Shown piece after piece: positions 1 to 11,592 of a stretch of 64,000 bases of DNA. This DNA comes from Octopus bimaculoides. Its lineage: Eukaryota. Below the pieces are notes generated by a model that saw nothing but the letters and a program-made list of their open reading frames with translations, did not search any database and had not been told where the DNA came from. Where the stretch lies: assembly GCF_001194135.2 (NCBI RefSeq), contig NC_068985.1, positions 17,858,333 to 17,922,332 on the forward strand, given 5' to 3'. Both the position numbers and the translations under genes were made by a program. Position 1 is the stretch's first letter. Each line of letters opens with the position of its first letter.

Positions 1-533
1 ACATCACTATTCTCTCTCCTACACTGTCTTGCAACACGAAATACCTCGAGTCTTTGGTCCTCACGGCGCAGAACATTGGCAAATCTTTTCTTATCTGCTT
101 CCCCTCTGGCTAAATAAACCTGTCGCCTAGCCTCCCTTCTGGCACATTGGTACAATTCCCTGCTACCACCGTTCTTCCAGTCCTTCCAAGCCTGTTTCTT
201 TTGTCTAATAGCCCTGTCTACCTCCTTGTTCCACCACCACGTTACCCTGGGTCGAGAGAGGACCTTACACCACCCACAGATCTGGGCTTCTTTCGGTTTC
301 CATCTACCAAATCCACTCACAATAAAACAGGAATCAAAGACAGTTGAGAAACACTGCAATATAAAAACTCTTTCCATCTCAACAGTCATTGGATCAACCA
401 AGAATTGAAACTGAGTTTTGGCCTTCACTGAAATGATGCTTATTTCTTAATCTATATTAGCTCACAGGACACAAATTAAAATTTAAAAAACAGAGAAAAG
501 AAAAGGCAAAATTATATAAATTTAAATACACAT

Positions 534-539
534 TTTATT
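534..539 (-). terminator. Candidate TADA3 polyadenylation signal AATAAA
   Basis: AATAAA on the minus strand about 930 nt after the stop codon, followed by a U-rich tract. Position is inferred; no transcript evidence. Confidence 0.4.
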
Positions 540-1464
540 TTAGACAGATGATACAAATACCAGAATGTTGATAGAATTTAAATAAACAAAAAAAAAAAAT
601 GTAGTTTAAAAAAAAATTTATCTTTTTTGTCTTTTGGTCAAGAACAAAGCCATAAAAACCAATTCTGGTATAATTTGTTTACAAAAATTCATATCTGGCA
701 TATTTTTCTTCCCAATATAAGATAGTATCTAAGACAAAATTGACAAAGAGGCAGTCAAATTTGCTAGCAATGAATTTTTAGAACCCACTGAAAAACACAA
801 TGTTTTTCACTCAAGGTGCTTAATGGTATTTCTCTCCTTCAACCCTAGGCTTTGACCATTAGAGATACGAATGTATTCCAAAGAATTAACTGTATGTAAT
901 AGAGGAGCAAAAGAGCAACACTAATTGAATGTTTCTTAACTAGAGACTGACCGTAGCTGAACCTGAGTCAGACAGAGACCTTATTTCTGTCTCATGCATG
1001 AGTGTGTGCATACATATGAAGAATATGTGTGCACATTTCTTCATTAATTCTTTTCTATGCTTGACAAATCGTAAAACTTTAAACAGACAAAAAACAAACA
1101 AAACACAGGCAGTAAACACCAATATACATGAATCAACAGACAAAGACATGGACTAAAAAAAGATAAATATTATCTTATTTTTCTTATTCTTTAATCTCAA
1201 ATTTCCTTCTATTTATGAAATAAATCAGATCTCAAAATGGTACATTTTACTAGCCAGGGTAAACCATCTCGTGTCACTTATGTAGCAGTATAAGAGGGAC
1301 AAGTGTAATGTTGATCCAAGCTCCTACAAGTGAGACAGAGACAGAAAGAGCTAGAAGTAGAAAGAAAGGAACTGGTGGTTTGCTTAGTCAAGGAAAATAT
1401 CTTCCAAAACTGCAGAAAATTGCAACTAATCTTTCCAATATATTTGGAAATAAAGGTTACACCT

Positions 1465-1593
1465 TCAACCATCAAGTTGCTTCAGGATATCCTCCCTATC
1501 ATGCAAAATTTTCCAAACTGCATCCTTCTCCTTCTTGGTTGGTTGTCTCTTTTTCTGCCGGGCACTTTGAACTTTACGATAGGCTTCAAGTAA
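1465..1593 (-). CDS. TADA3: TADA3 coding exon 9 (stop codon)
   Basis: LLEAYRKVQSARQKKRQPTKKEKDAVWKILHDREDILKQLDG* matches the ADA3 C-terminus ARQKKRTPTKKEKDQAWKTLKERESILKLLDG. TTTCAG acceptor, TGA stop. The nine exons sum to 1308 nt (435 aa). Confidence 0.96.
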   Translation of the reverse strand, partial: LLEAYRKVQSARQKKRQPTKKEKDAVWKILHDREDILKQLDG

Positions 1594-1703
1594 CTGAAAT
1601 AAATATGAAATGATATTTTAGCAACAAGGACTGATTTATCCTAGTCTCAAAAATCTGTCAACACTTTCTAACAGAAACAAACATAAATTTAACCAACAAC
1701 ATA

Positions 1704-2071
1704 TTTACCTCCGCCTTAGCAAAGGTAGAGGTATTGTTTTCAGTCATGTTCGTTTGTTTGTCATTGGTTAAGATATCTCAAAAATCACTGGATGGATTCA
1801 GCTGAAACTTTCAGGGATGTCTGGCCTCGTGACTTGCACAAACTGATTAGATTTTGGGATCGATCTGGTACCGGACAAGGATTCTGGATTATTTTTTCCC
1901 GTTTTTTTTTTTTACTTAATTTTTGAGAGCAGTTGGGTTCATTTTAGTATTCTCGTTTGTGAGAGCAGTCGAGTTTATTTCAGATATTCTCATTTTAAAA
2001 ATCGTCTCTGGCTAATCATTGAGAGGACATTGGTGTTGCCTTGGCGGAGGTTTGCACTAAGTGCTCTTGTT
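1704..2071 (+). mobile_element. Helentron-associated non-autonomous element (HINE/DINE-1-like)
   Basis: Subterminal inverted repeat ACCTCCGCC (1707-1715) / GGCGGAGGT (2043-2051), a short 5' hairpin partner (AGGTAGAGGT), a 3' hairpin GCACT-A-AGTGC (2054-2064), T-rich ends, no TSD. Confidence 0.7.
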
Positions 2072-2584
2072 ATTGTTTAGAATGATGGATAAAATGGTTT
2101 GTGGTTTTTGTACTATGTTCAAATCCTGCTGGGGCAACTTTGAATTTCATCCTTCTCGAATCATTGTCATCATCATCACCAAAGTGCTGTTCAATGGAAC
2201 TGAACCTAGAATCACATGGATGGGAAGCAAGCTTCTTAACCACAAGGCCATATCTGCACCAATCAATAACATTTAATTGACTTGCGCTTTGTATCTCCCT
2301 CACCATCTTCCAGAGCAATGCCTTTCCAATTTTGTCTGCTGGGACCATGAGGCAGACTGACAAGCCTTTTCAGACATCACTTGGTATTTTCTGTTGATAT
2401 ATGACATCATAGTTGTTATATATTCAGTTCTATTTTGTTTACTTTTGTAAAGTTTATTCAATGTTTTTATGTGAGTCCATTACTTCAAAATGTAAATCAT
2501 TATTTCAACCAAAGTTTTAAAAAATCATCTTCTTAAATATACAAAAACAGAACAACAGAACTGAAACTGGAGAATCCTTCAATA

Positions 2585-3053
2585 CAGGGTACCCTAGGGG
2601 TCGGCAAGGAATTAAAGGAGTCAATGATAGCCAAGGGGTCGACATGTGAAAGACCAGCTCACCCAGACAAACTGATTGAGATACTTAGTCAGTACCATGC
2701 TCATCCCTCACATTGATTTTGTTAATTTCAATAAAAGATATTCCAGCAATAGGATGCATTTTTCACATTTTCTAACCATGAAAACAATTTCATAAAAATT
2801 GAAAGTTTAATACTGTATACTTGCACACGTGGTTTTAAATGTAAAAAGTGTGTCATCTTCAACAGAATTTCTTAATTTGTCGTACATGTATATTCTAACT
2901 AACATTTTAATTGGCAGCATCAGTACCCAGTAAGCATTTAAGATCTGGTACAGTAGGGTAGGGTATTACGGTATTTTAAATGAGGAGGGTGGTCGATGTG
3001 GAAGGAGAAGTGGCTAAAGGGGGTCAATGGTTGAAAAAGTTTGGCGACCCCTG
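2585..3053 (+). mobile_element. Non-autonomous hAT (Charlie/Buster-like) element
   Basis: Perfect 8-bp TSD CTTCAATA (2577-2584, 3054-3061). Right end AAGTTTGGCGACCCCTG; left end CAGGG, partly deleted. Internal 2654-2716 reads ...ILSQYHAHPSH*, like the Buster-type QAHPSH* C-terminus. Confidence 0.82.
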
Positions 3054-3074
3054 CTTCAATATATCTTTAAATCA

Positions 3075-3270
3075 AGGCAGCGAGCTGGCAGAAATGTTAG
3101 CATGCTGAATGAAATGCTTAGCGGTATTTCCTGTCTTTATGTTCTGAGTTCAATTTCCACCGAGGTCAACTTTGCCTTTCATCCTTTCGGGGTTGATAAA
3201 TTAAGTACCAGTTGCGTACCGGGATCGATATAATCGACTGATCCCCTCCCCGAAAATTTCGGGTCTTGCC
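3075..3270 (+). mobile_element. tRNA-derived SINE family B
   Basis: GGC(A/G)GCGAGCTGGCAGAA...GAGTTCAA...GACTTTGCCTTTCATCCTTTCGGGGTTGATAAATTAAGTACCAG. Other copies at about 14926-15050(-), 17195-17385(+), 20020-20220(-), 31063-31235(-). Confidence 0.85.
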
Positions 3271-3487
3271 ACTTTTTTTTTTTAAAGCCTGCTACTTAAG
3301 GGGCTTTTTTCACTTTCTGCCTACCAAACCCACTCAAAAGGCTTTGGTCAGACTATAGAAGAAAATATTTGTCCAAGGTGCCACACAGTGGGACAGAACA
3401 TAGAACCACGTGGTTGGGAAGTGAAGTTTTAATTTGCTTGTAACATCTAACTTTTAACTAAAAGGGATATTTAATCAAATAACTTAC

Positions 3488-3681
3488 TTCAGCATCAAGT
3501 GCAACTAATTTTTTCCTAAGCTTCTGAGATTCTATTTCCTCTCTTGCCAATTTCATTAATCTTTTTGTCATTATTGTGTTTTGATGATTGATGGCTTTTA
3601 GTTCTTCCTGTTTTCGGCGTAATTCTGAGAGAATTTCATCATCCGGGTTATCTTCGACTTTTTCATCAAAATCCAAAATTC
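3488..3681 (-). CDS. TADA3: TADA3 coding exon 8
   Basis: GILDFDEKVEDNPDDEILSELRRKQEELKAI...LAREEI matches ADA3 GLLESEDRPAEDSEDEVLAELRKRQAELKAL. CAG acceptor, GTAAGT donor, 194 nt, phase 1 to 0. Confidence 0.95.
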
Positions 3682-3924
3682 CTGCCATTTAAAAATCAAT
3701 AAAAACAATTGAAAATAAACAAAAATAGAAAGAAAGACTTTTAAAACCCCACAAACGCAGGTCATCAATAATGTACAACCTAGGCAATGTAATTAAGATA
3801 CTGAAATTTGCCTTTTGACTGGAGGAAGAAAACACAAAGCAAGCTGCAGTTGCTCTTGACTCTAAAAGAAAACTGAAAATAACCTCAAGAAATTCAGGCC
3901 CAATTTCTCAAATGAATTTATATA

Positions 3925-4311
3925 CTCTTTTATTTGTTTCAGTCATTTGACTGCAGCCATGCTGGAGCACTGTCTTTAGTCGAACAGATCGACTCCAGGA
4001 CTTATTCCCTGTAAGCCTAGCACCTATTCTATCAGTATCCTCTGCTGAACCGCCAAGCTATGGGGATGCGAACACACCAGCATCGGTTGTCAAACAATGG
4101 TGGGGAGACACACAAACACACACACATATATACATACATATATGTATATGATGGGCTTCTTTTAGTTTCCATCTACCAAATCCACCCACAAGGCCCTGGT
4201 CAGCCCGAGGCTACAGTAGAAGACACTTGCCCAAGGTGCCATGCATTGGGACTGAACCTGGAACTATGTAGCTGGTAAGCAAGCTACCTACCACACAGCC
4301 ACTCCTGTGCC
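3925..4311 (-). mobile_element. tRNA-derived SINE family A, full length
   Basis: Reverse complement of GGCGTAGGAGTGGCTGTGTGGTAAG...CCTTGGGCAAGTGTCTTCTACTATAGCC...GTCAAATGACTGAAAC with an internal (CA/TA) microsatellite. Confidence 0.9.
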
Positions 4312-4590
4312 TTTGTTTAGGAAAAGATTAGGTAAGGGATAACTTTGGACATGTCTTAGTTTTATCAGACCACATCAGTATAGTATAGTCAGAACAGTAA
4401 ATATATATATATTTTTTTTTTATAGAAAAGATTTATGTATATTTCTGGCCAAAATAATAGACTGAAACATGTCTGTAGTAGTTCCTTGAATGCAAACTAA
4501 TAACAGACTATTTTTTCTCTAAACATATATAAGGTGCATTTTTTTTTCTAAAAACAAATTCTCAAAGAAAAATCACTGTAGGTCTTATGT

Positions 4591-4960
4591 GGCGTAGGAG
4601 TGGCTGTGTGGTAAGTAGCTTGCTTACCAACCACATGGTTCCAGGTTCAGTCCCACTGCGTGGAACCTTGGGCAAGTGTCTTCTACTATAGCCTTGGGCC
4701 GACCAAAGCCTTGTGAGTGGATTTGGTAGACGGAAACTGAAAGAAGCCTGTTGTACAGTGTATATGTTTGTCCCCCCAACATTGCTTGACAACCAATGCT
4801 GGTGTGTTTATGTCCCCGTAACTAAGTAGTTTGGCAAAAGGAGACCGATAGAATAAGTACTAGGCTTACAAAGAATAAGTCCTGGGGTTGATTTGCTCGA
4901 CTAAAGGTGGTGCTCCAGCATGGCCACAGTCAAATGACTGAAACAAGTAAAAAAGTAAAA
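4591..4960 (+). mobile_element. SINE family A, full length
   Basis: Same consensus, opposite orientation to the 3925 copy. Confidence 0.9.
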
Positions 4961-5552
4961 CGAGAGAGTATATGTGAAGTTGGGTCTATATTACATATCT
5001 TAATGCACTAAAGAATTTATTTCCCTGAATATGTGCTGCTGAAATTGTGGTGCATCTAATATACCTGTAAATATTTTAGGCCATATACAAGAAATAAACT
5101 TGAGAAATTAATTGATTTTTTTAGAAATTGTTTCCCTTTATTCTTTCAGAGTTGCTGACAATTGCCATTAAGTTATGCTTACTTCTTACAAGAGAAAAAT
5201 TTCAGTTAAGAATTTATTACATACAACATTCAGTACCTCACACTTCAATCTAATTATTCAAATTCATTCCCTTGGCTCACATAAGTTATTACCCATAGCT
5301 TATTTTATTTTTTGATTTAAGATACCTCACCCTAAGACATAAATTTGTTCATTTGTTTTTCCATGTTTTTCCATGTTAGCATGGGTTAGACAGAAGTGAA
5401 AACATTACCACTACTCATACTGACTTTCTTAGAGCACACATGTAAACAAACACATAGACACACTTACTATATATATTTACATTAAATATATATATATATC
5501 ATCATCTTCATCCTTTTTAACGTCCGTTTCCTATGGATTGGATGGGTTTATA

Positions 5553-5780
5553 TTGGGTTGTCCGGAAAGTTCGTGCTGATTTTTAAAGGAAAGAAAAAGA
5601 TCAACAAATACTTGCCATTACATTTTTAATCAACCAAATATGAACCATTTTGTTGCACAATGCGTCTCCATCTTTCCTTTAACTTAAAAATACCCTCTTC
5701 ACAGAATTGAGGTGGTTTCATGGCAAATAAGTCGAAAGGTAAGCTACTATAAATCTGCATGAACTTTCCGGACAACCCAA
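5553..5780 (-). mobile_element. Internally deleted mariner element (228 bp)
   Basis: 30-bp TIRs TTGGGTTGTCCGGAAAGTTC(G/A)TGC(T/A)GATTT with 2 mismatches; TA TSD at 5551-5552 and 5781-5782. The minus strand retains the transposase C-terminus FCEEGIFKLKERWRRIVQQNGSYLVD*. Confidence 0.9.
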
Positions 5781-6175
5781 TATATATATATATGTATATA
5801 ATGATGGGCCTCTTTCAATTTCTGTCTATCAAATTCACACTTACCAGGCTTTGATTGGCCTTGGGATATAGAAGACATTTGCTCAAGGTGCTGTGCAGTG
5901 TAACTGAACCGAAAACTAAATCATAGGAAAGGAAACTTCTACACCATACAACCATGCCTGCATCTATATTAATTATCCAAACCCATATCACTAACCCTCC
6001 GTAAGAGAGGGGGTAGTGATATGGATCTCTCTCTCTCTCTAGCATACATACAATTAATCCCTATATAATTTACAATAGAAAATAGTTGAAAACATATTTT
6101 AGTCCCTGCCCCTAAAGGAGTTGTGTGTAATTAATGAAATGACTTTGAGTGAATATTTTATGTAAATTAATTAAC

Positions 6176-6283
6176 CTTGTTCTTCTAGTTCTTTTTTAAT
6201 TCTTTTTTCAAGCTGAACAGCATTGCTGATATTTAGCTGTTTGGCTAACATCTTTGGAGAAATTGATGGTGGATCTTCTAGAT
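6176..6283 (-). CDS. TADA3: TADA3 coding exon 7
   Basis: DLEDPPSISPKMLAKQLNISNAVQLEKRIKKELEEQ matches ADA3 SLESRIKEELIAQ. TTTCAG acceptor, GTTAAT donor, 108 nt, phase 1 to 1. Confidence 0.92.
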
Positions 6284-6479
6284 CTGAAATGTAAAAAACA
6301 TTCATCAAATATTTCAATATTAAAACCGTTTGAAATATCAAAATAGAGCAAATCTATTCAACATTTAATCTAAGTTTTAATCTGTGAATTGTGCAATTGT
6401 TGCTAAAGCAAAATATCATATAAAGTTAGTGAACAAGGGGATTATCTGTATTGTTAGAGTAAAATGCATGTTAGATAAG

Positions 6480-6865
6480 TTGTTGTTGTTGTTGGCACTC
6501 CGTCGCTTACGATGTCGAGGGTTCCAGGTGATCCGATCAATGGAACAGCCTTCTCGTGAAATTAGCATGCAAGTGGCTGAGCACTCCACAGACACATGTA
6601 CCCTTAACGTAGTTCTCGGGGATATTCAGCGTGATACAGTGTGACAAGGCTGACCCTTTGAATTAGAGGCACAACAGAAACAGGAAGTAAGAGAAAGTTG
6701 TGGTGAAAGAGTACAGCAGGGTTCGCCACCATCCCGTGCCGGAGCCTCGTGGAGCTTTAGGTGTTTTCTCTCAATAAACACTCACAACGCCCGGTCTGGG
6801 AATTGAAACCGCGATCCTATGACCGCGAATCCGCTGCCCTAACCACTAGGCCATTGCGCCTCCAC
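6480..6865 (-). mobile_element. tRNA-derived SINE family C, full length with 11-bp TSD
   Basis: Head GTGGAGGCGCAATGGCC.AGTGGTTAGGG with A and B boxes, (AAC)n tail. TSD TGTTAGATAAG at 6469-6479 and 6866-6876. Confidence 0.92.
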
Positions 6866-7626
6866 TGTTAGATAAGATTCAATAAAAAAAAAAAAAAGTT
6901 TGCATTTGTATATCAATAAAACTTCAAAGTAACATCTACTTTTCCATGTTTGCATGAGTCAGATTTTCTACAGCTGCATACCGTTTCTGTCGTCAATACT
7001 CACCTGTTTCCAGGCACTCAAATTTCCCATTGGAAGCTATATGATGATGTTGCTTGACTTGTGATGCTGAGACAAGGGTGCATATACTCACACATACACT
7101 AATACATGCATATATAAGATGGGCTTCTCTCAATTTCTGTCTACCAAATTCACTCACAAGACTTTGATTGGCCTAGGGCAGTAGTAGAAGACACTTGCCC
7201 AAGGTGCCATGCAGTGGGATTGAACCTGAGACCACATAGTTGGGAAGCAAGCTTCTTAACCACAGCCACACCTGTAGCAATAAATTATTTAATGCAAATC
7301 AACATTGCTGTTTCTAAAACTGGTGAAAGGCAATGAGGAAGCTCATGTAGTCATTTGAACTGCTAGAAATAGCAGCAAAAAATCTCTCTCAAATCAAATC
7401 TAGTCTTAAATAAAGACATATTGAACAATATAGTCTCAGCTACATATAAAATGGAATGGCCATGGATGGAATGCCTTTGACCACAGGCTTGCTTAATCAG
7501 GGCAAACTTGCTGCTAAACAATATCATTAACAAAAAATATAGCGTATATGTAGTATATTCAAAACGGTGACCAAAAAATTCTTTCCAAAACTCATTTATA
7601 AATATTTAGGACCTTAGAACTTTTGT

Positions 7627-8060
7627 TATCATCATCATCATCGTTGTTTAATGTCCGCTTTCCATGCTAACATGGGTTGGATGATTTGACTGAGGACTGG
7701 TGAACCAGATGGCTACACCAGGCTCCAATCTGATTTGGCAGAGTTTCTACAGCTGGATGCCCTTCCTAACGCCAACCACTCCGAGAGTGTAGTGGGTGCT
7801 TTTATGTGCCACCAGCATGAAGGCCAGTCAGGCGGTACTGGCAACGGCCACGCTCAAAATGGTGTATTTTACGTGCCACCTGCACAGGAGCCAGTTCAGC
7901 AGCACTGGCAACGATCTCGCTCGAATGTCTTTACACATGCCATCCGGCACAAGTGCCAAGAAGGCGATGCTGGGCACAGGTGCCGTGACAGTTTCGCTTT
8001 CGCTTGCCCCAATAGGTCTTCGCAAGCAGAGTTTCGTTTCCAATGAAGGGGACGACGTTG
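7627..8060 (-). mobile_element. Isolated RTE-type 3' tail element
   Basis: (CAT)n then GTCCGCTTTCCATGCT...CTGGATGCCCTTCCTAACGCCAACCAC. Similar tails at about 11630, 12200-12500, 13290-13650, 29120-29310, 35900-36135, 37460-37630, 42400-42640, 45590-45760, 48240-48470, 48990-49170. Confidence 0.8.
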
Positions 8061-8121
8061 GCATTATTAATTCAAGCAGTGAGAAAGTGATAAAGTCAAT
8101 CAACTGGAAAGTATTTAATAC

Positions 8122-8234
8122 CTTTAGTGCTAATATCTGCTGTCGTATCATCAACTGGTGCCATTACATGTTCTTCAATAAGTGCAGTAACAAGTCGTTG
8201 AGTAAGAGGACCAAAAGGGGAATCATCATTGGAA
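8122..8234 (-). CDS. TADA3: TADA3 coding exon 6
   Basis: SNDDSPFGPLTQRLVTALIEEHVMAP matches ADA3 CPFGALTQRLLQALVEENIISP. TTTCAG acceptor, GT donor, 113 nt, phase 2 to 1. Confidence 0.95.
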
Positions 8235-9605
8235 CTGAAAGGAAACAAAAATTGCAATAACTAATTAATTGTCAAAATATAATGAGTATAACCAATGTCT
8301 TTGAAAGAGGCATGAACATCACACAATCTCATTTCTTCTGTCTTTTAATGCTGAAATGTTATATTAATGTATGTAACTAATATTTCTCAAACTCTAAGAA
8401 AATTTGAAGTAATTGTTTAACAAGTCAAGTCCCTGACTCAGTTTACAGATCTGGTCGTAGACAGTTCACTTTAACTTACTTCAGAAAGGCAAGATTATCA
8501 TATCATATCATTCACATCTCAACCACTGCCACCCTCTGTTACATGTACATAAAGCCTTCTGTCAGTGTAACATCAAAAAAACAAAAAAAAACAAAGAAAA
8601 AGAAAAAAAAACTCCCACTATATTCCCAAAGCTAATACAACCAGTCTTTCTGTAACTAACAGAGGCACTTTCAAGAAGAGTTAGAAGGAGTGTTTTCATT
8701 GCACAAACAATGGATGGTTAAGAATGGTCACATGACATAATAAATGTACTGACAATGAGATATTTCTTAACCAAGTGCATTACTTACTGAGACAAAAACA
8801 GTCTTCATTCTGTGAATATATTTCCTATGATTTAGCAGTAGATAGATTTAGTGTAAATATTTAGTCAACAATACCTATGATCAAAAACATTTTAGTCATA
8901 ATCATCCCATGCTTTAGATATAGTTTGCTCCTAACTACATTTTATTAAATGAGTTTTCTTTTTGAAGATGGCAGAACCAATAACAATCTAGGTAGTTCCT
9001 CCTTTCAATTAATTCCACAGGAAAAATTAGTCAAAAATTCATTTACTCTCTCCAGTTTTTAAATATTCAAAATCTCAAAGTTAAATCAATCTAGCTTAAA
9101 AAAAAAAGGATCAATCAATATGAAATTTAATTTGATACATTAATGTTGTATATTTTATTAAACAAAACAACTACAAATTATAATGAAAAGTTATTTTCTA
9201 TCAATATTAGAATGCATTTCTTTTTTTTTTTTTTTTTTGCTCTCAGCGCAAAAGTGAATTTTTGAAGCATACAAGTGAATAGGACAAACAATTGAAGCAT
9301 TCAGGTGGATATGACAATTATTTAGGAGATTTGTGTGGAAGTAACAAGCAACAAGTCAATAGCAGGAAATTAAAAAAAAATCCCAAAATAAACAAGCATG
9401 TTAGAAGGAGAAAAAAAAGAAGAAGAAAAGGTTTAATACCCAGTGCAAAGAAGATTGCTCATATGTTAATAGAAGAAATATTTGAAATAAAATATGCTTT
9501 AAGAATTTTTTTTTTCAAAAATTCCTTACAGCTTCTTAAGAGTCTTAAATTGCATACTACATTTCAATTAAAGAATAAGTTATTGACTCAGCAAGATGAT
9601 TTTAA

Positions 9606-9830
9606 CCCTTTAGCATTTAAACAAGCCATATCCGACCCAAATATTCTACCTGATTTTTTATTCAAACTGGTCAGATCTGGCCTGTCATACTTATCCTACA
9701 ATGTCATTCTAAAAATATATAATCATATCATTGAAATCTCAAAGTTACAAAATACTTAATTATGATTAATTCAAAACAATGTGAATAAATAAGCATTACA
9801 TTTGACAGAAATAACCTTGATGCTAAAGGG
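9606..9830. mobile_element. piggyBac-type MITE (225 bp)
   Basis: TTAA|CCCTTTAGCAT ... ATGCTAAAGGG|TTAA: perfect 11-bp TIRs starting CCC, with TTAA TSDs at 9602-9605 and 9831-9834. Confidence 0.88.
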
Positions 9831-10449
9831 TTAAGAAATTTCAGTTTCAAAACTTAAAAAGCTTCAATTAGACAGTGAAGGGGATGGGGGGAGAAATCTT
9901 GAGTAGAACTTGTTTTCTCTTCTCCAATTTCTTAACTGTGGAAGAAGATAAGGGGGAGGAGAAGTATTAACAAAAAAAAAAAAGAGAGAGAGAATTAGAT
10001 GGAAGATAGAGGGAACAAGCAGAATTTGAGGTAAATGTGATTCCTGGTAAGGGGTGGGGGAGGAATATAAATCAAAAATATACTCACCCTTTCCTGTTGT
10101 AAGAGCAACAAGAAAGAAATAATTGTTAGTTACATTGTCTGTAGTTGAGATTACTTTCATAAAATCTCACTAGTAACTAAATAATACATTTACAAAATAT
10201 ATCGAGTTTTAGTGAGATGTGATAACACTCGCTTGAAAAACACAGCCTTTATACTAAGTGAAGACTGATGATATATCTGCTGAATGGTAAGTTTTCTGTT
10301 ATCGTCATCAGTGTAATTTGTTAGTAAACAAAATAAAATGATGAACAGAATTGTAGCTTGTATTTTCTTCTGGTAAATAAGGAATAATGACATCTTCTTA
10401 CGAGACTGTACAACAAGCTGAACAACTCTCTATGTTGCATTTTTTATCT

Positions 10450-10828
10450 TCTTCTTGCTCCAGTCATTAGACTACAGCCATACTGGGGCACTGCACTGAA
10501 GGATTTTTAGACAAATGAAATGGCTCCAGGACTTATTTTCTTACTTTTTCTATAGGTCGCTTTTCCAGGACTGCGAAGTTACAGGGATGTAAACACACCA
10601 ACACTAGTTGTCAAGCAGTGGGTGGAGGCAAACTCAGATACAAAGACACACACAAGATATATGTATATGTTCTTTTACTTGTTTCAGTCATTTGATTGCG
10701 GCCATGCTGGAGCACCGCCTTTAGTCGAACAAATCGACCCTAGGACTTATTCTAAGTTACGGGGATGTAAACAAACCAGCATCGGTTGTCAAGCGATGGT
10801 GGGGGGACAAACATAGACACACCAACAT

Positions 10829-10870
<42 letters not shown>

Positions 10871-11027
10871 CAGGCTTCAGCTTCCATCTACCAAATCCAC
10901 TCACAAGGCTTTGGTCGGCCCGAGGCTATAGTAGAAGACACTTGCCAAAGTTGCCACGCAGTGGGACTGAACTCAGAACTATGTGGTTGGTAAGCAAGCT
11001 ACTTACCATGTAGCCACTCCTCCTACA

Positions 11028-11072
<45 letters not shown>

Positions 11073-11592
11073 CACACACACACACACACACACAACAGAC
11101 TTCTTTCAGTTTCTGTCTACCAAATCCACTCATAGAGCTTTGGTTGCCTGAAGATTATAGAAGACACCTGCCCAACTTGTCATGCAGTGGGACTGAACCT
11201 AGAACCATGTAGTTGAGAAGCAAACTTCTTACCTCACAGCCTATGTGCAACCATGCTGAGGCACTGCTTTGAAGAAAATTTAGTTGAATGAATTGAACCT
11301 TGTACTAAATTTTTTTTTTAAAGCCTGGTACTTATTTTATTGGTTTCTTTGCTGAACCACTAAGTTACAGGCTCTTAAACAAAGCACCACCAGGTGTCAA
11401 GATGTGGTAGGGGACAAACACAGACACAAACACACACATACATGGGCTTCTTTCAGTTTTCACCAACCAAATCTACTCACAAGTGTTTGGTTGAGTTGAG
11501 GCCATACAAGAAGACATTTGCCCAAGGTGCCACGCTGTGGGACTGAACCCAGAACCATGTGACTGGGAAGTAAACTTACCACACAGCCATGC
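10450..11592 (-). mobile_element. Cluster of four same-orientation family A copies and fragments
   Basis: Full copy about 10671-11021; partial copies about 10450-10665, 11095-11240 and 11290-11592, separated by (TA)/(CA) runs. Confidence 0.85.

Noticed and set aside
1308-1613. Plus-strand ORFs of 101 and 87 aa
   Set aside because: Antisense shadows of TADA3 exon 9 and its 3' UTR.
6790-6865. tRNA gene (A and B boxes present; also at 33030-33108, 39685-39759)
   Set aside because: These are SINE heads continuing into a shared body and tail, with TSDs; no complete acceptor stem seen.
7735-8260. Plus-strand ORFs of 103 and 154 aa
   Set aside because: They run through an RTE-tail repeat and the antisense of TADA3 exon 6.
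9292-9759. 155-aa ORF as a nested antisense gene
   Set aside because: Lys-rich low-complexity sequence from A runs; starts at a non-ATG codon; the 3' part is a piggyBac MITE.
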